Assembly (NCBI GenBank): GCA_043228905.1
Contig: JBHGNT010000006.1
Location: forward strand, 11,470,001 to 11,534,000
Direction: 5' to 3'
Source: Azolla caroliniana
Lineage: Eukaryota; Plantae; Polypodiophyta
Length of the DNA stretch: 64,000 nt
The notes beneath the pieces were generated by a model. The model saw only the letters and a program-made list of their open reading frames with translations, was not told the DNA's origin and searched no databases. Positions 1 to 13,536 of this stretch are shown here, piece after piece; the stretch's first letter is position 1; each line of letters opens with the position of its first letter. The position numbers and the translations under genes are program-made.

Positions 1-2660
1 CATGACTTATGACAAATCCATTTTGTATGATGTAAATTCTAGCTCCTCCCAAAGCTCCATAGGAGATGCCTCAAGCATTGAGGCTTCATGTGTGGGTAAT
101 GTGTTTCTTAACACTTCTTCAAATGACACACCTGTCGTTCTTCAAGATGTGCTACATGTGCTTCGCATCTCTACCAACCTACTTTAGATCTACCAAATCA
201 CTAAGCAAGGTTATGGAGTCTACTTTGATAGCTCAGTTTTGGAAGTCATTGACACCAACAGCCAACAAATTGTAGCTAGTGGCACACAAGAAGTGGGTTT
301 ATGTCACCTGAAAAGTTTATCTCATCTTCTTCAAGGCTCTCATGCCTTGGTGGCACAAGAAGACCCCACGTGGCGTGCTAGGTTCGGTCACCTCCATTAC
401 AATTCTCTAAAGGTAAAGAGGGATGTTTGAGGGAGCAGCTATTGAGGAATGATGTTCAGCAAATAGGACTGTAATAGAGATGAGAGTAGAGACACAGATT
501 TTTGGTGTACCCAACCGCCTTGATTGGTACACAAGAAAAAAAGGTTATTATATTAGTTAACCCTAAAAAGAAAGAGGAGTGTTCACATTACAAACAGAGG
601 TGTCTTGTTCAGGTGAACAATGTGTTCATATATACGAATAATCACCTAATTTGTGAACTACGGGCCTTTATACGTGACATTCTCTACAAAAGCTCTCCTC
701 TTCACAGCCTATTTTCAAAACTCCCAATACCCCATGTGTTGCTTGTCTTCATGGCGAGCAACATTGAGAGCCTTTTCCTCATGAAGCCACTCACTGTGCA
801 ATATCTATCTTGGAGTTAGTGAAAACCACTACTCTTGGTGGTGCTTGCTACTTCATGCTTATTATTGATGATTCCTACCGTAAGGTTTGGGTTTATTTTC
901 TTGTAGAAAAATCTCAAGCCTTTACCAAATTTCAAGAATGGGTAGCTCTTGTGGAGAACGAGACATCAAAGAAAGTTCGAAAGATCAGGACTGACAATGG
1001 TGGAGAGTTTTGATGGGATTGGATCACAGATCTGTGGGAAAGACCAACTAAAATACACACGAATGCGGAAACAGGGAAAAACAGCAAATGCACAAAATGC
1101 ACAAACAGCATTTACAGGTGTAAAGCCCTCAATATCTTATTTTAAAGTCTTTGGTTGTAAAGCTTATGTTCACATTTCAGACCATAAAAGGACTAAATTT
1201 GAGTCCAAACCCAAGAAATGGAAATTTCTTGGTTACAACACACAATCTAAAGCCAACAGGTTATGGGATTTAGAATCAAAGTCCCTAGTCACCTGAGTCT
1301 AAGTCGGATGACTCTAGGATTTCACCTGAGTTCACGGTTGAAATCCCAGCTCCTCCGGAATCTCCTATTTTAGACGAAGATGTCTCACCTTCAAGCCCCC
1401 CATCTCCTCCTACTCAACCTCTAACTTCGCCAACAATTCAAACCTCTCCCTCAACTCCACTCGTTTCCCCTCCCTCTACACACCAGCTTCCACCACTTCC
1501 CACGTGGCTTCAAGCCACCATTCGTGATTCTCATCTCTCTGATGCTGAACTTCATGGTATACATCTAGTTCTCCGACCAACATGAAAAGAACACATAGGT
1601 CACAACAGCCTCTTCACTCATGCAACTTTGCCTTACTGTGCACTGTTGTGCAATTACAAGAACCCACAACAGCAAAAGAGGCCCTTGTTCTTCCAGAGTG
1701 GAAAGCAGGAATGGAAGTTGAACTTGATTCCATTGAGTGGAATCATACATGGGAGCTGGTCCCACGGCCTCAACATCAACAAGTCATTGACTGAAATGGA
1801 TGTTCAAGACTATGTACGATGCTGATGGTACTTTGGATAAGCACAAGGCACGTTTAGTTGCAAAAGGCTACTCACAAGTGGAAGGAGTGGATTACGAGGA
1901 AACGTTTGCTCCAACAGCACGGTACACCTCTATTCGATATGCCCTTGCACTTCCTGCTCACAACAAATGGCCCATCTTTCAAATTGATGTCAAGTTAGTC
2001 GTCCTTAATGGTGGCTTGAAAGAGGAGGTTTATGTTGAACAGCCTCCAGGTTTCGAGATTTCAGAGCAGAAAAACATGGTTTACATGTTACACAAAGCCT
2101 TGTATGGCTTAAAGCAAGCTCCCAAAGCTTGGCATGACAAAATTGATACCTTCTTTCCCTCTCTTGGGTTTCAGAACTGTTATGCTGACAACAATCTCTA
2201 TGTTTTTTCCCAAGATAATTTGCTATGCTTGATCATATTATATGTGGATGACCTTCTAATTACAAGGTCCCTTGCTTCTAAAATCGAGGAGCTCCACGCT
2301 GACCTCAAAACAACCTTCGAAATGACTGATCTAGGACTTCTCCATTATTTCATAGGTATGGAGGTCTATCAATCACATGGTGTGAAGAAGATTCTCCCAT
2401 ATTTGAAGATATCACCAAATATAGACGGTTAATTGGGTCTCTTCTTCACTTAACTTACACCATGCCTGATTTGTCTTATAGCATGAGTATTGTCAGCCAA
2501 TTCTCAAGTGCTCCAAGACAAAGTCATTGGCAAGCAATTGTTCGAGTTCTTAGGTACTTGGCCAACATACTAGACTATGGTCTGTCTTTTAGAGTCAGCA
2601 TTGAGCTTGTTGGCTACTCGAATGTTGATTGAGCAGGTGATATTGATTCTAGAAAGTATT
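1..2660 (+). mobile_element. Degenerate Ty1/copia pol fragment (protease region, partial integrase, RT, start of RNase H); same family as 9090-13536
   Basis: ORF pieces 2-187, 810-1013 (IRTDNGGEF) and 1800-2432 ([18 protein letters not shown]) closely match the 959-aa ORF at 9922-12801; many stops and frameshifts. Confidence 0.92.
408..679 (-). mobile_element. Solo LTR inserted in the copia fragment
   Basis: TTCTC duplicated at 403-407 and 680-684; termini TA(TG)...CA; the right part matches the LTR end at 13568-13650. Confidence 0.75.
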
Positions 2661-2749
2661 CATGCAATTCGGCTCTTCTAGAATATTATTACGAGGAATA
2701 TCGGTCCTACGAGGAATCGCGTGAATATTGGAGCACCTCGTCCATCTAG

Positions 2750-3940
2750 CCTTCATGTGATTCGGTTCTTCTGAATCACTCTCATCAACCGAATCGGTTG
2801 TCTCTGATTCGTTTTCATTCTACCCTTGACCACATCTGCCCATGTCTTGGTCCAAGCCTTCACTTGATCAACTCTGCCCTTCTTGGCTTTACCACCAGTC
2901 TTGCCTCTTTCGGCTCTACCTCCCCCTTGTTCGGTTGGATCTAGCTCTAGCTCGTTCTTTGGGCCACTCCCCTTGCATCCGTCCTCGGCTTCTTCAACCA
3001 TCCTAAAATCGAAATCTTCATCCGATTCGGCTTTTCAGACTTCATCTCTCTCCCTCTCGCTTTCTCTTTCTCTTCTCCCCCTCAAGTTCGGCATGGCGGG
3101 GTGCTGTACACAAAGCATGCCCGAAAAATGCCGCAATTTGTCTAAGCTGAGAGGTTTGGTGAAGATATCGGCAACCTGCCGATCTGTCGGAACATACACA
3201 AGTTCGACTTCACCGGAAAGAACTCGCTCACGGACAAAATGATAGTGCGCCTCAATGTGCTTTGTCCGGGCGTGGAAAACGGGGTTCTTCGCAAGTTGGA
3301 TGTTGTTGAGGTTGTTGCAGTATATCACTGTCGGTTCAGACACCTCCACATGCAGATCCTTCAAGAGCCGCTTCAGCCATATGGCTTCGCATGTCGCGAT
3401 AGCCACTCCTCGGTATTCAGCCTCGGTGCTCAACAGTGCCACTGCCGGTTGCTTCTTACTATTGCTCCAGGCGATTGCGGCGCTTCCAAGTGAAAATGCA
3501 AAGCCTGACGTTGACCAGCGATCGCCAGCATTTCCGGCCCAATCGGCATCTATGTAGCCAACTTGTTGTCTGACTACACCGGTTCGATATAGCAACGCCT
3601 TGTCTTTCGTGCCGCTTACATAGCGCAAGATCCTTTGCGCGCACTGAAGATGCTTGACTGTTGGCTGCGACATAAACTGACTGATCAAGCCGACCGGATT
3701 GCTAAGGTCCAGACAGGTGATGGTCAGGTTGATAAGGCTTCCGACAATCTGTCGGAACCGTGTTGGATCGCATGTCGTTCCTGATTCGGGCCGAAGCTTG
3801 ACATTTCGATTTAGAGGAGTCGAGACAGATTTGCAATCCGTCATTCCGAATTTGAAGAGCATACTCAGCACATAATGTTATTGGCTGATCAGTATGCCTT
3901 TGGGGGTGCGGATCACTTCGATCCCAAGGAAGTACTGACG
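2750..3940 (-). mobile_element. Ty1/copia 3' fragment (RT C-terminus, RNase H, charged tail); related to 43117-48219
   Basis: ORF 3035-3871 contains YIDADWAG, STEAEY and HARTKHIEAHYHFVRE. Confidence 0.9.
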
Positions 3941-3944
3941 GTCT

Positions 3945-6683
3945 TCCTATTTCATAGTAGAGTTTTGCTTCTACTCTTCGTTTAATGATGAAAGGTAATC
4001 CCAATGCCTTATCATTCCAGGAGTTAGTTTCTATTTGGTTATAGGACGATCAGTCTAGGCAAAACAGGTCACGTGTGCAGCCCCGTGGTTTTAAAACATG
4101 CTTTGATCGAGGGGGGGAGTATATGTCTTTTGATTTTAATGCATTTCTGGCTGAACGTGGGATAAAACATCAATGTACAATGCCATATACACCTCAACAG
4201 AATGGAGTTGTTAAAAGAAAGAACTGGTCACTCATAGAAATGGTGAGGTGTATGGTCAAAAGTCAGGCTTTACCACATAGTTTCTGGCTTGAGGTTGTCA
4301 TGTGTGCAGCATATGTACTTAACAAGTGTCCCACTAAAGCACTGCAGTCTATCACTCCGTATGAGGCTTGGCATGGCTGCAAGCTATCTGTTGCTCATCC
4401 GTGTGTTTTTGGTTGTTTGGCATATGCATTAGTGCCTAAACAAGAACGCAAAAAATTGGATAATAAAGCAGTGAAATGTATTTTTGTTGGATACAGTTCT
4501 GAAAGTAAAGGCTATCGTCTATATCATCCACAGACTAAACGCATTCTGGTTAGCCATGATGTTGTTTTTGTGGAGGATGCAATTTAGCCATTGCTTTCAT
4601 GTACTAAGGAGACATCAGTTAGCTCCAAAGATCTGTACGACACTTCGCAACCTCTTTTTACAAGTGGACAGTTAAGTGTTGGCCCACTTGAGGCACCTTC
4701 TCAGCCTTTGGAAGCTACTCATAATGATGCAGATCATTCCATTTCTGGTGCAGACTTATATGATGTACCTATTAATGAGAGGGCTGATATAGAGGAGGCG
4801 AAAATTGTGCCTAAATGGCTGTTGTAAACTTTGCAAGATAGCAAATTAGATGTTCCTTTGTCATACCGTACTTGTTCAGGTTCTCATAGTGCTTCTTTTG
4901 CATCAGATTGTTATGCTATGGCAGCCTCTTTGTGATGAGAATGAGCCTATTTCTTTTGATGAAGCACAAAATTCAGAAAATTGGATGGCTGCTATGCAAT
5001 TAGAATATGATGCTATTATGGAGACTGGTACATGGTCTTTATGTGACTTGCCTCCTAGCAAGAAGGCTATTGGCACTAAGTGGGTATATAAGCTAAAGCG
5101 TAAACCTGATGGAACAGTTGACAAATATAAGGCTAGGCTTGTTGCGAAACGTTATGCCCAAGAAAAAGGCATTGATTTTGATGAGACCTTTGCTCCCACC
5201 TGCCGTATGACTATTTTTCATAGCATCTGAGCAATTGCAGCTCATCGTGATTGGAATTTACATCGGTTGGACATTAAAACAACATTTTTAAATGGTGATC
5301 TTCATGAGGAAGTGTATGTATCTCAGCCCTGTGGTTTTGTGCAAAAAGGGCATGAACACAAAGTGTGCAAAGGCATTATATGGCTTGAAGCAAGCACCAC
5401 GTTCTTGGTATGAAAAGATACATGCCTATTTGATTGCATTTGGGTTTGAGAATAGTACAACTGAAAGCACCTTATATGTTAAGTGTGCTGATGATGTATT
5501 TCTGAACATGGTTGTGTATGTCGATGACATGTTGCTCATTGGTCCCAATGAAAAGCACATTGCTGACTTTGAGTGTGATTTGCATGCCTCTTTTGAGATG
5601 TCAGATTTGGGGCATTTGCATCATTATTTGGGCATTCAATTTATGCAAGTTGATGGTGGAATAGCTTTGTGTCAATCGAAACACATTGACACATTATTGC
5701 AGCGTTTTGGCCTTGAAGACTGTAAACCTATTGCCACTCCCATGGATACAGGTTTACGTTTGAGCCTTCATGATGTTGGAGATGCATTTGATGTTGTTCT
5801 CTATTAGCAGGCAATTGGATGCTTGATTTACTTATGCATAACCCAACCTGATATTCAATTTTTTGTCTCTCAGATGAGCAGGTTTATGCATTGCCCAAGA
5901 GTTAAGCATTGGCAGGCAGTTAAGCGCATCTTTCGCTACTTGAATGGTACCCAATCACTTGCATTGTTTTATCCCAAGGGGGGATCACTACCATCAGATT
6001 TGCATGCTTTTTCTGACTCTGATTGAGCTAGTTGTTATGACACTTGTATCCACAAGTGGTTTTAGCTTCATGCTTGGTAGTTCATGCATTTCTTGGTTGA
6101 GCAAGAAGCAGCCTACTACAGTTGTGAGGCTGAGTATAGGGCAGCTTTCACAGCTACAGTTGAGTGTGGGTGGCTCAGACGCCTTTTAGCTTTTTGGGAG
6201 TTGGTCAGTCTTCTGCCACCACCATCTTCACTGACAATCAAACCGCATTGGCAATTGCAGGGAACCCTGTGTTCCATGCTCGCACTAAGCACATTGAGGT
6301 GCATTATCACTATGTCAGGGAAAGGTTCTACGTTGGTGAGATCAGTTTGGCTTATGTGCCCATGCACGAGAACATTGCAGACCTTTTCTCAAAGGCTCTA
6401 CCTAGGGAGAAGTTTGAAGCTTTCCGAAAAGCTCTACTTCCATTTGTGGATTGATCTCTGTCCACATAGCATGGCACTTCCTTAACCATGAGTTCTAGCT
6501 CCTTGTTCACCACATCACTCCCAAGGGGGATTTGTTGATATCTTTCGATAGTGATGTGTGTGAACACACTTAGGACTACAAGGGCATTTTTTCCCTATTT
6601 AGGAGGTTTTTTCTCTCTATCTATAAATACTCTCATAACCCAAAAGTGGGGAAGTTTTTGTGATTCAAAACAAGAACCCAACA
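3945..6683 (+). mobile_element. 5'-truncated degenerate Ty1/copia (integrase-RT-RNase H) with PPT and a 151-bp 3' LTR at 6533-6683
   Basis: ORFs 4075-4587 (TPQQNGV), 4850-5230, 5292-5807 (YVDD) and 6164-6454; PPT aaggggga followed by TGTTG...CAACA; LTR matches 16930-17075. Confidence 0.9.
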
Positions 6684-9089
6684 TTATGCTTTAGCATGTA
6701 TAACCCCATGGTGCCAATAGCATCATACTTTGATTACATTGCAGCCATCCAATTTTATGAATTCTGTGCTTCATCAAAAAAAGAAACAAGCTCATTCTCA
6801 TTACAAAGCCTAGACACAAACATAGCATAACAATCCGATGCAAACACAGGATAATCCTGCAGATGTAAACTCACCCCCATTATCTGTTCTGAGACATTTC
6901 AATTTTGTCCCTTTTTGAGTAGTCACAAATGCATGAAAAGATTTAAATGCATCAAATGCATCACCTTTTCTTTTCATCAAGTACACCCAAATCTTCCTAG
7001 AATCGATAAAGGAAATAAAATATGCAGCACCGCCCAAGGATTTTACAGGCATGCTACATACATCAGAATGCACCAAATCTAGCACATTTGGTTTACGAGA
7101 GATACCAGAATAATAAGAATTTCTCACTTGTTTGCCAAATAGACAATCATTACAAAAAACCAGCTTTGATCCTTTAACTGGTATCAGAGCCAAATCTCTT
7201 TCCTCTGCTTTGCTGTTTTTTTTAGATTCAGAATCAGCAGAAAACACAGTTTTTTTTTTTTATAATTTCTGTCAAACCCTTTCCTATTGGTATTCTGCTC
7301 AATTTTCTGAAGGCATCTGTCATAAATCTTGGGAGCAATGGCCTCCACTTCAACTGAAATGAAAAACCTCTTTGAAATCAAGAGATTTGATGGAAAAGGT
7401 TTCGAATTATAGAAAGAGCGTATGTTGGGCATCCTCTTTCTGAGAGATTGTGAAGATGCTCTCCTAGAAAAGAAACCAAAGAGCATGGGAAATGATGCTT
7501 GGAACACTCTGAATAAGAAAGCCATTACATATATTAAAATGGTTGTTTTTGATGAAATTCTTGTAGATATAAAGGGCTTGATTACTACCCATCAAGTTTG
7601 GGAGAAACTTAAGAAAACTTACGAGAATACTACTCCTGTGAATCAGGTGCATTTGATGAGAAAACTTATCAGTATGAGGCTTGATGAGTCGAAAGGTGCA
7701 ACAGAGCATCTATCGTTATTCACAGGTACTCTCTCCCAACTACAAGATTCAGGATTACTAGCTTTTGATGACAAGCTCAAAGTTATTTTCTTACTTATGA
7801 CTTTACCTAATTCGTGGGAAACATTAGTTGTTTCACTATCTAATAGCCCCACCTTGACCTTCGATGGTGTGGGGCTCTATTCTCAATGAAGAGATTAGAA
7901 GACAATCTAGCAGAGAAGGTAGTGGTTCAGCATACAATATTAGGGGGAGATAAGATAAGAGGAACCCAAATGTAGGACAAAGAAATAGAAGTAAGAGTAG
8001 AGGGAAAGGAAAGCAACAAGATATCACATGCTATCAGTGTGGCCATAAAGGTCATAAGAAACCTGATTGTAGATATTTGAAGATGGAACTAGAAAGGAAG
8101 ACGAATGTAGGAGAGAAGAAAAATAAAGATGATAAATTTAACACAACAAAGAAAGCTAATATGACTTCAAATGTTATCATTGAAGACCTATCTGGTGAAG
8201 ATGGTGATGTACTTTGTATTACAGGTGATGCCTTCATAGCTCATGTTCAAGACATGCAAATCACCAAAACAGATGTTATTGATGCTTTATTGTCAATCGA
8301 TGATGGATTGACACAGATATGGATAGTAGACTCTAGGGCTTCTTTTCATGTTACTCCATGTTTGGAGTGCTTTACCACATTTGACGTAGGCAGTTATGGA
8401 AAAGTTTATCTTGGTAACAATAGTGCTTGGAATATTGATGGTATTGGAATCATACACTTGACTTTGGATAATGGTCAAGAGCTCGTGCTCAAAGATGTTA
8501 GGTATGTACCTGGCATTAAGAAAAGTTTGCTATCTATAGGACAGATGGATTTGCATGGTTACACCACATTATTCGGTGGTGGATTGTGGAAACTAAAGAA
8601 AGGATCTATGGTTATTGTGAAAGGTTGCAAAAAGGGCACTCTGTACTATTTGCAATGTAAAGCTTTACCTAGAAAGTTTCTTGCTATTGCTAAATTTGGC
8701 TCTCGTTTAGAGCTTTGGCATAAGAGATTAGGACATATGAGCCAAAAAGGACTTGAAGTCCTTTCTGCTCTAAAAAGATTTGATGTTAAAGGATCAAAGC
8801 TGGTTTTTTGTAATGATTGTCTATTTTGCAAACAAGTGAGAAATTCTTATTATTCTAGTATCTCTCGTAAACCAAATGTGCTAGATTTGGTGCATTCTGA
8901 TGTATGTAGCATGCCTATAAAATCCTTGGGCGGTGCTGCACATTTTTTTCCTTTATCGATGATTATTCTAAGAAGATTTGGGTGTACTTGATGAAAAGAA
9001 AAGGTGATGCATTTGATGCATTTAAATCTTTTCATGCATTTGTGACTACTCAAAAAGGGACAAAATTGAAATGTCTCAGAACAGATAAT

Positions 9090-12000
9090 TGTGAGAAAAG
9101 CTGTTAATAGCAACAGCGGAAGACTTAAAACAAAATAGGCACAGCCAAGCTGTGAGAAGGCTGTTAGACAGCAGTAGAAAAATTGGTTGCAAAGAGCAAA
9201 GACACAGCCAAGGAATAGAGCTTGTTTTTAAGTAGCAACCAAAATAAAAAAAAGTCTTTACAAAAGAGGCTGGTATAGCCTATTTATACAAAATTGGGGA
9301 AAGTGGGTGAAATGGTTGTTTGGTAGTAAAGTGGCTCTTGTACTACCAAACAGGTACAAAAAACTAGGAATAAAAGGGAATATCTTGGAAAAAGTAGAAG
9401 AGAAGAAAAGGCATTTAAAGCATTGCAGATTCTAGAGAGAGAAGGCATTTAAAGAGTTGTAGATTCTAGAGAGAGAAGAATTTGGGAAAAGAGAGAATGT
9501 AGTACAAAGATAATAAATATGAAAGAGAGTGTAAGTCTGGAGCTGCCACCCTCCAACACCTCCTCTCAGCTCCAGAACGGCCATCAAACATTGAGTCGAC
9601 CGAGGAGCTGATTAATGGCATGCTTTGGAAGCGGGAAAAATATATATATATATAGAGAGAGAGATTGTTGTCAGCATAACAGTTCTGAAACCCAAGAGAG
9701 AGAAAGAAGCTATCAATTTTGTCATGCCAAGCTTTGGGAGCTTGCTTTAAGCCATACAAGGCTTTGTGTAACCTGTAGACCATGTTTTTCTGCTCTAAAA
9801 TCTCGAAACCTGGAGGCTGTTCAACATAAACCTCCTCTTTCAAGTCACCGTTAAGGAAGGCTGACTTGACATCCATTTGAAAAATGGCCCATTTGTTGTG
9901 AGCAGCAAGTGCAAGCGCACATCAGATGGAGGTGTACCTTGCTGTTGGAGCAAAAGTTTCCTCATAATCCACTCCTTCGACTTGTGAGTAGCCTTTTGCC
10001 ACTAAACGTGCCTTGTGCTTATCCAAAGTACCATCAGCATGGTATTTGGTCTTGAAAATCCGTTTCAATCCAATGACTTGTCGATGTAGAGGCTGTGGGA
10101 CCAGCTCCCATGTATGATTCCGCTCAATGGAATCAAGTTCAACTTCCATTGCTGCTTTCCACTTTGGAAGAACAAGGGCCTCTTTTGCTGTTGTGGGTTC
10201 TTTTGATTGCACAGCAGTGCACAATAAGGCAAAGTTGCATGAGTGAAAAGGCCGTTGTGACTTACGTGTTCGAGAACCAGATGTATACTCATGAAGTTCA
10301 GCATCGGAGAGATGAGAATCATGAATGGTGGCTTGAAGCCACTTGGGAAGTGGTGGAAGCTGGTTTGTAGAGGGAGTGGAAACAAGTGGAGTTGAGGGAG
10401 AGGTTTGAATTGTTGGCGAAGTTAGAGAATGAGTAGGAGGAGATGGGGGGCTTGAAGATGAGACATCTTCGTCTAAAATAGGAGATTCCGGAGGAGCTTG
10501 GATTTCAACCATGAACTCAGGTGAAATCCTAGAGTCATCCGGCTGAGACTCCACAAAATGAACATCCCTAGATATGACTAGGGACTTTGACTCTAAATCC
10601 CATAACCTGTATGCTTTAGATTGTGTGCTATAACCAAGAAATTTGCATTTCTTGGTTTTGGACTCAAATTTCGTCCTTTTATGATCTGAAATGTGAACAT
10701 AAGCATCACAACCAAAGACTTTAAAATGAGATACTGAGGGCTTTACACCTGTAAATGCTTCTTCAGGCGTCATTCTAGCAACTGCTTTTGTTGGGCAGCA
10801 GTTGATGATGTAGACTGCTGTGTTGACAGCTTCACCCCAAAACGAGAGAGGAAAATCAGATTGAGATAGCATCGTACGAGCCATCTCTTGGACTGTCCGG
10901 TTCTTCCTTTCCACGACTCCATTTTGTTGAGGAGTATTGGGTGTAGAAAATTGGCGAGCAATGCCTCGTTGAGAGCAGAAATGGTGGAAAGCTTGGGAGA
11001 TAAACTCTCCACCATTGTCCGACCTGATCTTTCGAACTTTCTTCGATGTCTCGTTCTCCACGAGAGCTACCCATTCTTGAAATTTTGCGAAGGCTTGGGA
11101 TTTTTCTACAAGAAAATAAACCCAAACCTTGCGGGAGAAGTCATCAATTATAAGCATGAAGTAGTGTGCACCACCAAGAGTAGTGGTTTTCATGGGACCA
11201 CAAAGATCCATGTGCACTAACTCCAAGATAGATGTTGCTCGGTGAGTGGCTTCATGAGGGAAAGGCTCTCGATGTTGCTTGCCATGAAGACAAGCAACAC
11301 ATGGGGTATTGGGAGATTTGAAAATAGGAAGACCCTCAACTAGTTGGGAAGAGGAGAGCTTTTGAAGAGAATCATAGTTGAGATGACCAAACCTAGCATG
11401 CCACAACGTGGGATCTTCTTGTGCCACCAAGGCATGAGAGCCTTGAAGAAGATGAAGAAGATGAGATTTGGAGTTTTCCAAGGGGCTATGGGAGCTTTTT
11501 AGGTGATATAAACCCCCTTCTTGTGTGCCACTAGCTACAATTTGTAGGTTGTTGGTGTCAATCACTTCCAAAACTGAGCTATCAAAGTAGACTCCATAAC
11601 CTTGCTTGGTGATTTTGTAAACCGAAAGTAGGTTTGTAGAGATGCGAGGCACATGTAGCACATCTTGAAGAACGACAGGTTCTTCACTTGAAGAATTGTC
11701 AAGAAACACATTACCCACACATGAAGCCTCAATGCTTGAGGCATCTCCTATAGAGATTTGGGAAGAGCTAGGCTTCACATCATGCAAAATGGATTTGTCA
11801 TAGGTCATGTGTGAAGTGGCACCACTATCTACTAACCACTCATCGATGGTTGAAGTAGTTGGTCGAGCCAAATGTGAAGTATGTTCCTCAATGCCAAGGA
11901 AAACTATTTCTTTGGCTGAGTGGGCCGAGTTGGATTTCGGTGTAGGTTGATTTCTGGTAGAAGAAGAGTTCTTAGCATTGTCCCTTTTCTTTTTCCGACA

Positions 12001-13536
12001 ATCTGGCTGAATGTGACCTTTGTAGCCACAATAATGACAAGTGAGCTCCTTGTAAGCTGGGTTGTTTGGCGGTCTTGGATTGGGTTTGTTGTAGGAGTTA
12101 CCATTTTGCTTCCACTTGCCTTTACTTGTTGCATGTAGAAGCGTCTCATTGGAAGTTTGAGCACTTTTCTTCCTTGTTGCCCTATCTTGTAGCATACCAA
12201 GAAATGTATTCATATCAGGTGTGTTGGGAAGAAGAGAAATTGTGTCACAAAATGCTGAGAATGACTCAGGCAACTTTATCATCAGACGATGCACAAACTC
12301 AACTTCAGTTGACTTGCTTCCCAAAGAAACTAGTTCCTTTTGGAGAGTAACAAATTGCGTTATTTGATCCATGATGTTGGGAGTGTCATGAATCTTGAGA
12401 TTAGCTAGTTGGCTCTCAATAGCTATCATTTGAGCATGATTAGCTTGATGGTACCTCTTTTTGATGGATGTCCATAGTTCATTGGCTATCTCTTCATCTG
12501 CATCATGAAATTGACGAGCAATGCTCGGTTTAATATTAAACATGAGCAAAGCATGGGCACGAGAATCCTTATCTAGCCAAGCTTCAGTCTCAGTGTTAGA
12601 TGAAACAACAACTGATTTGGTTGAAGAGGATGAAGTTGCTGGTGGTTTCTTGTCAGTACCATTGACTACATTCCATAAACGATGGTATTGTAGCAAGGTC
12701 TTTATTTGCAGCTCCCAATCCAAGTAATTGTTCCCATCCAAGATGGACTCTTTGGGGAGTTGGGGAATGGTTGATGAAACGATGGTGGTATGTGAGGCCA
12801 TGGATATCCTCCTCTTGAGCTACAACTGGACAATTTGCAGTTGTAAGTAGATGCTCAGGGTCGTTCTGCTTCTCCCTATATGCTAGGTGAGGCTCAAATG
12901 AGGGGAAAAGAAAATAGAAGAACCTCCTCTAGAGGTTGGGAGGGTGGCTGCTAAGAGAACCTCCTCTATAGGGTTGGGAGGGAGGGATAAAAGAAGATAG
13001 GTTTGTATGCTCTTTGGCAAAAAAAAAAATCAGGCTGAGGGTATGGAGACCTCACTGCTTTGATACCATGTGAGAAAAGCTGTTAATAGCAGCAGCGGAA
13101 GACTTAAAACAAAATAGGCACAGCCAAGCTGTGAGAAGGCTGTTAGACAGCAGTAAAAAAATTGGTTGCAAAGAGCAAAGACACAGCCAAGGAATAGAGC
13201 TTGTTTTTAAGTAGCAACCAAAATAAAAAAAGTCTTTACAAAAGAGGCTGGTATAGCCTATTTATACAAAATTGGGGAAAGTGGGTGAAATGGTTGTTTG
13301 GTAGTAAAGTGGCTCTTGTACTACCAAACAGGTACAAAAAACTAGGAATAAAAGGGAATATCTTGGAAAAAGTAGAAGAGAAGAAAAGGCATTTAAAGCA
13401 TTGCAGATTCTAGAGAGAGAAGGCATTTAAAGAGTTGTAGATTCTAGAGAGAGAAAAATTTGGGAAAAGAGAGAATGTAGTACAGAGATAATAAATATGA
13501 AAGAGAGTGCAGGTCTGGAGCTGCCACCCTCCAACA
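9090..13536 (-). mobile_element. Ty1/copia with both LTRs (9090-9558 and 13069-13536); most of RT and RNase H deleted
   Basis: TSD ATAAT at 9085-9089 and 13537-13541; PBS at 13057-13068 (tRNA-Met-i); PPT beside 9558; LTRs differ at about 6 substitutions and 1 indel. Confidence 0.96.
9922..12801 (-). CDS. Copia gag-pol polyprotein (Gag with CCHC knuckle, protease, integrase, RT N-terminus) ending in a premature stop
   Basis: 959-aa ORF with CHYCGYKGHIQPDC, WLVDSGA, HARFGH...CVAC, D-D-E core and KARLVAKG; RT continues past the stop in ORF 9466-9876. Confidence 0.93.
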   Translation of the reverse strand: MASHTTIVSSTIPQLPKESILDGNNYLDWELQIKTLLQYHRLWNVVNGTDKKPPATSSSSTKSVVVSSNTETEAWLDKDSRAHALLMFNIKPSIARQFHDADEEIANELWTSIKKRYHQANHAQMIAIESQLANLKIHDTPNIMDQITQFVTLQKELVSLGSKSTEVEFVHRLMIKLPESFSAFCDTISLLPNTPDMNTFLGMLQDRATRKKSAQTSNETLLHATSKGKWKQNGNSYNKPNPRPPNNPAYKELTCHYCGYKGHIQPDCRKKKRDNAKNSSSTRNQPTPKSNSAHSAKEIVFLGIEEHTSHLARPTTSTIDEWLVDSGATSHMTYDKSILHDVKPSSSQISIGDASSIEASCVGNVFLDNSSSEEPVVLQDVLHVPRISTNLLSVYKITKQGYGVYFDSSVLEVIDTNNLQIVASGTQEGGLYHLKSSHSPLENSKSHLLHLLQGSHALVAQEDPTLWHARFGHLNYDSLQKLSSSQLVEGLPIFKSPNTPCVACLHGKQHREPFPHEATHRATSILELVHMDLCGPMKTTTLGGAHYFMLIIDDFSRKVWVYFLVEKSQAFAKFQEWVALVENETSKKVRKIRSDNGGEFISQAFHHFCSQRGIARQFSTPNTPQQNGVVERKNRTVQEMARTMLSQSDFPLSFWGEAVNTAVYIINCCPTKAVARMTPEEAFTGVKPSVSHFKVFGCDAYVHISDHKRTKFESKTKKCKFLGYSTQSKAYRLWDLESKSLVISRDVHFVESQPDDSRISPEFMVEIQAPPESPILDEDVSSSSPPSPPTHSLTSPTIQTSPSTPLVSTPSTNQLPPLPKWLQATIHDSHLSDAELHEYTSGSRTRKSQRPFHSCNFALLCTAVQSKEPTTAKEALVLPKWKAAMEVELDSIERNHTWELVPQPLHRQVIGLKRIFKTKYHADGTLDKHKARLVAKGYSQVEGVDYEETFAPTARYTSI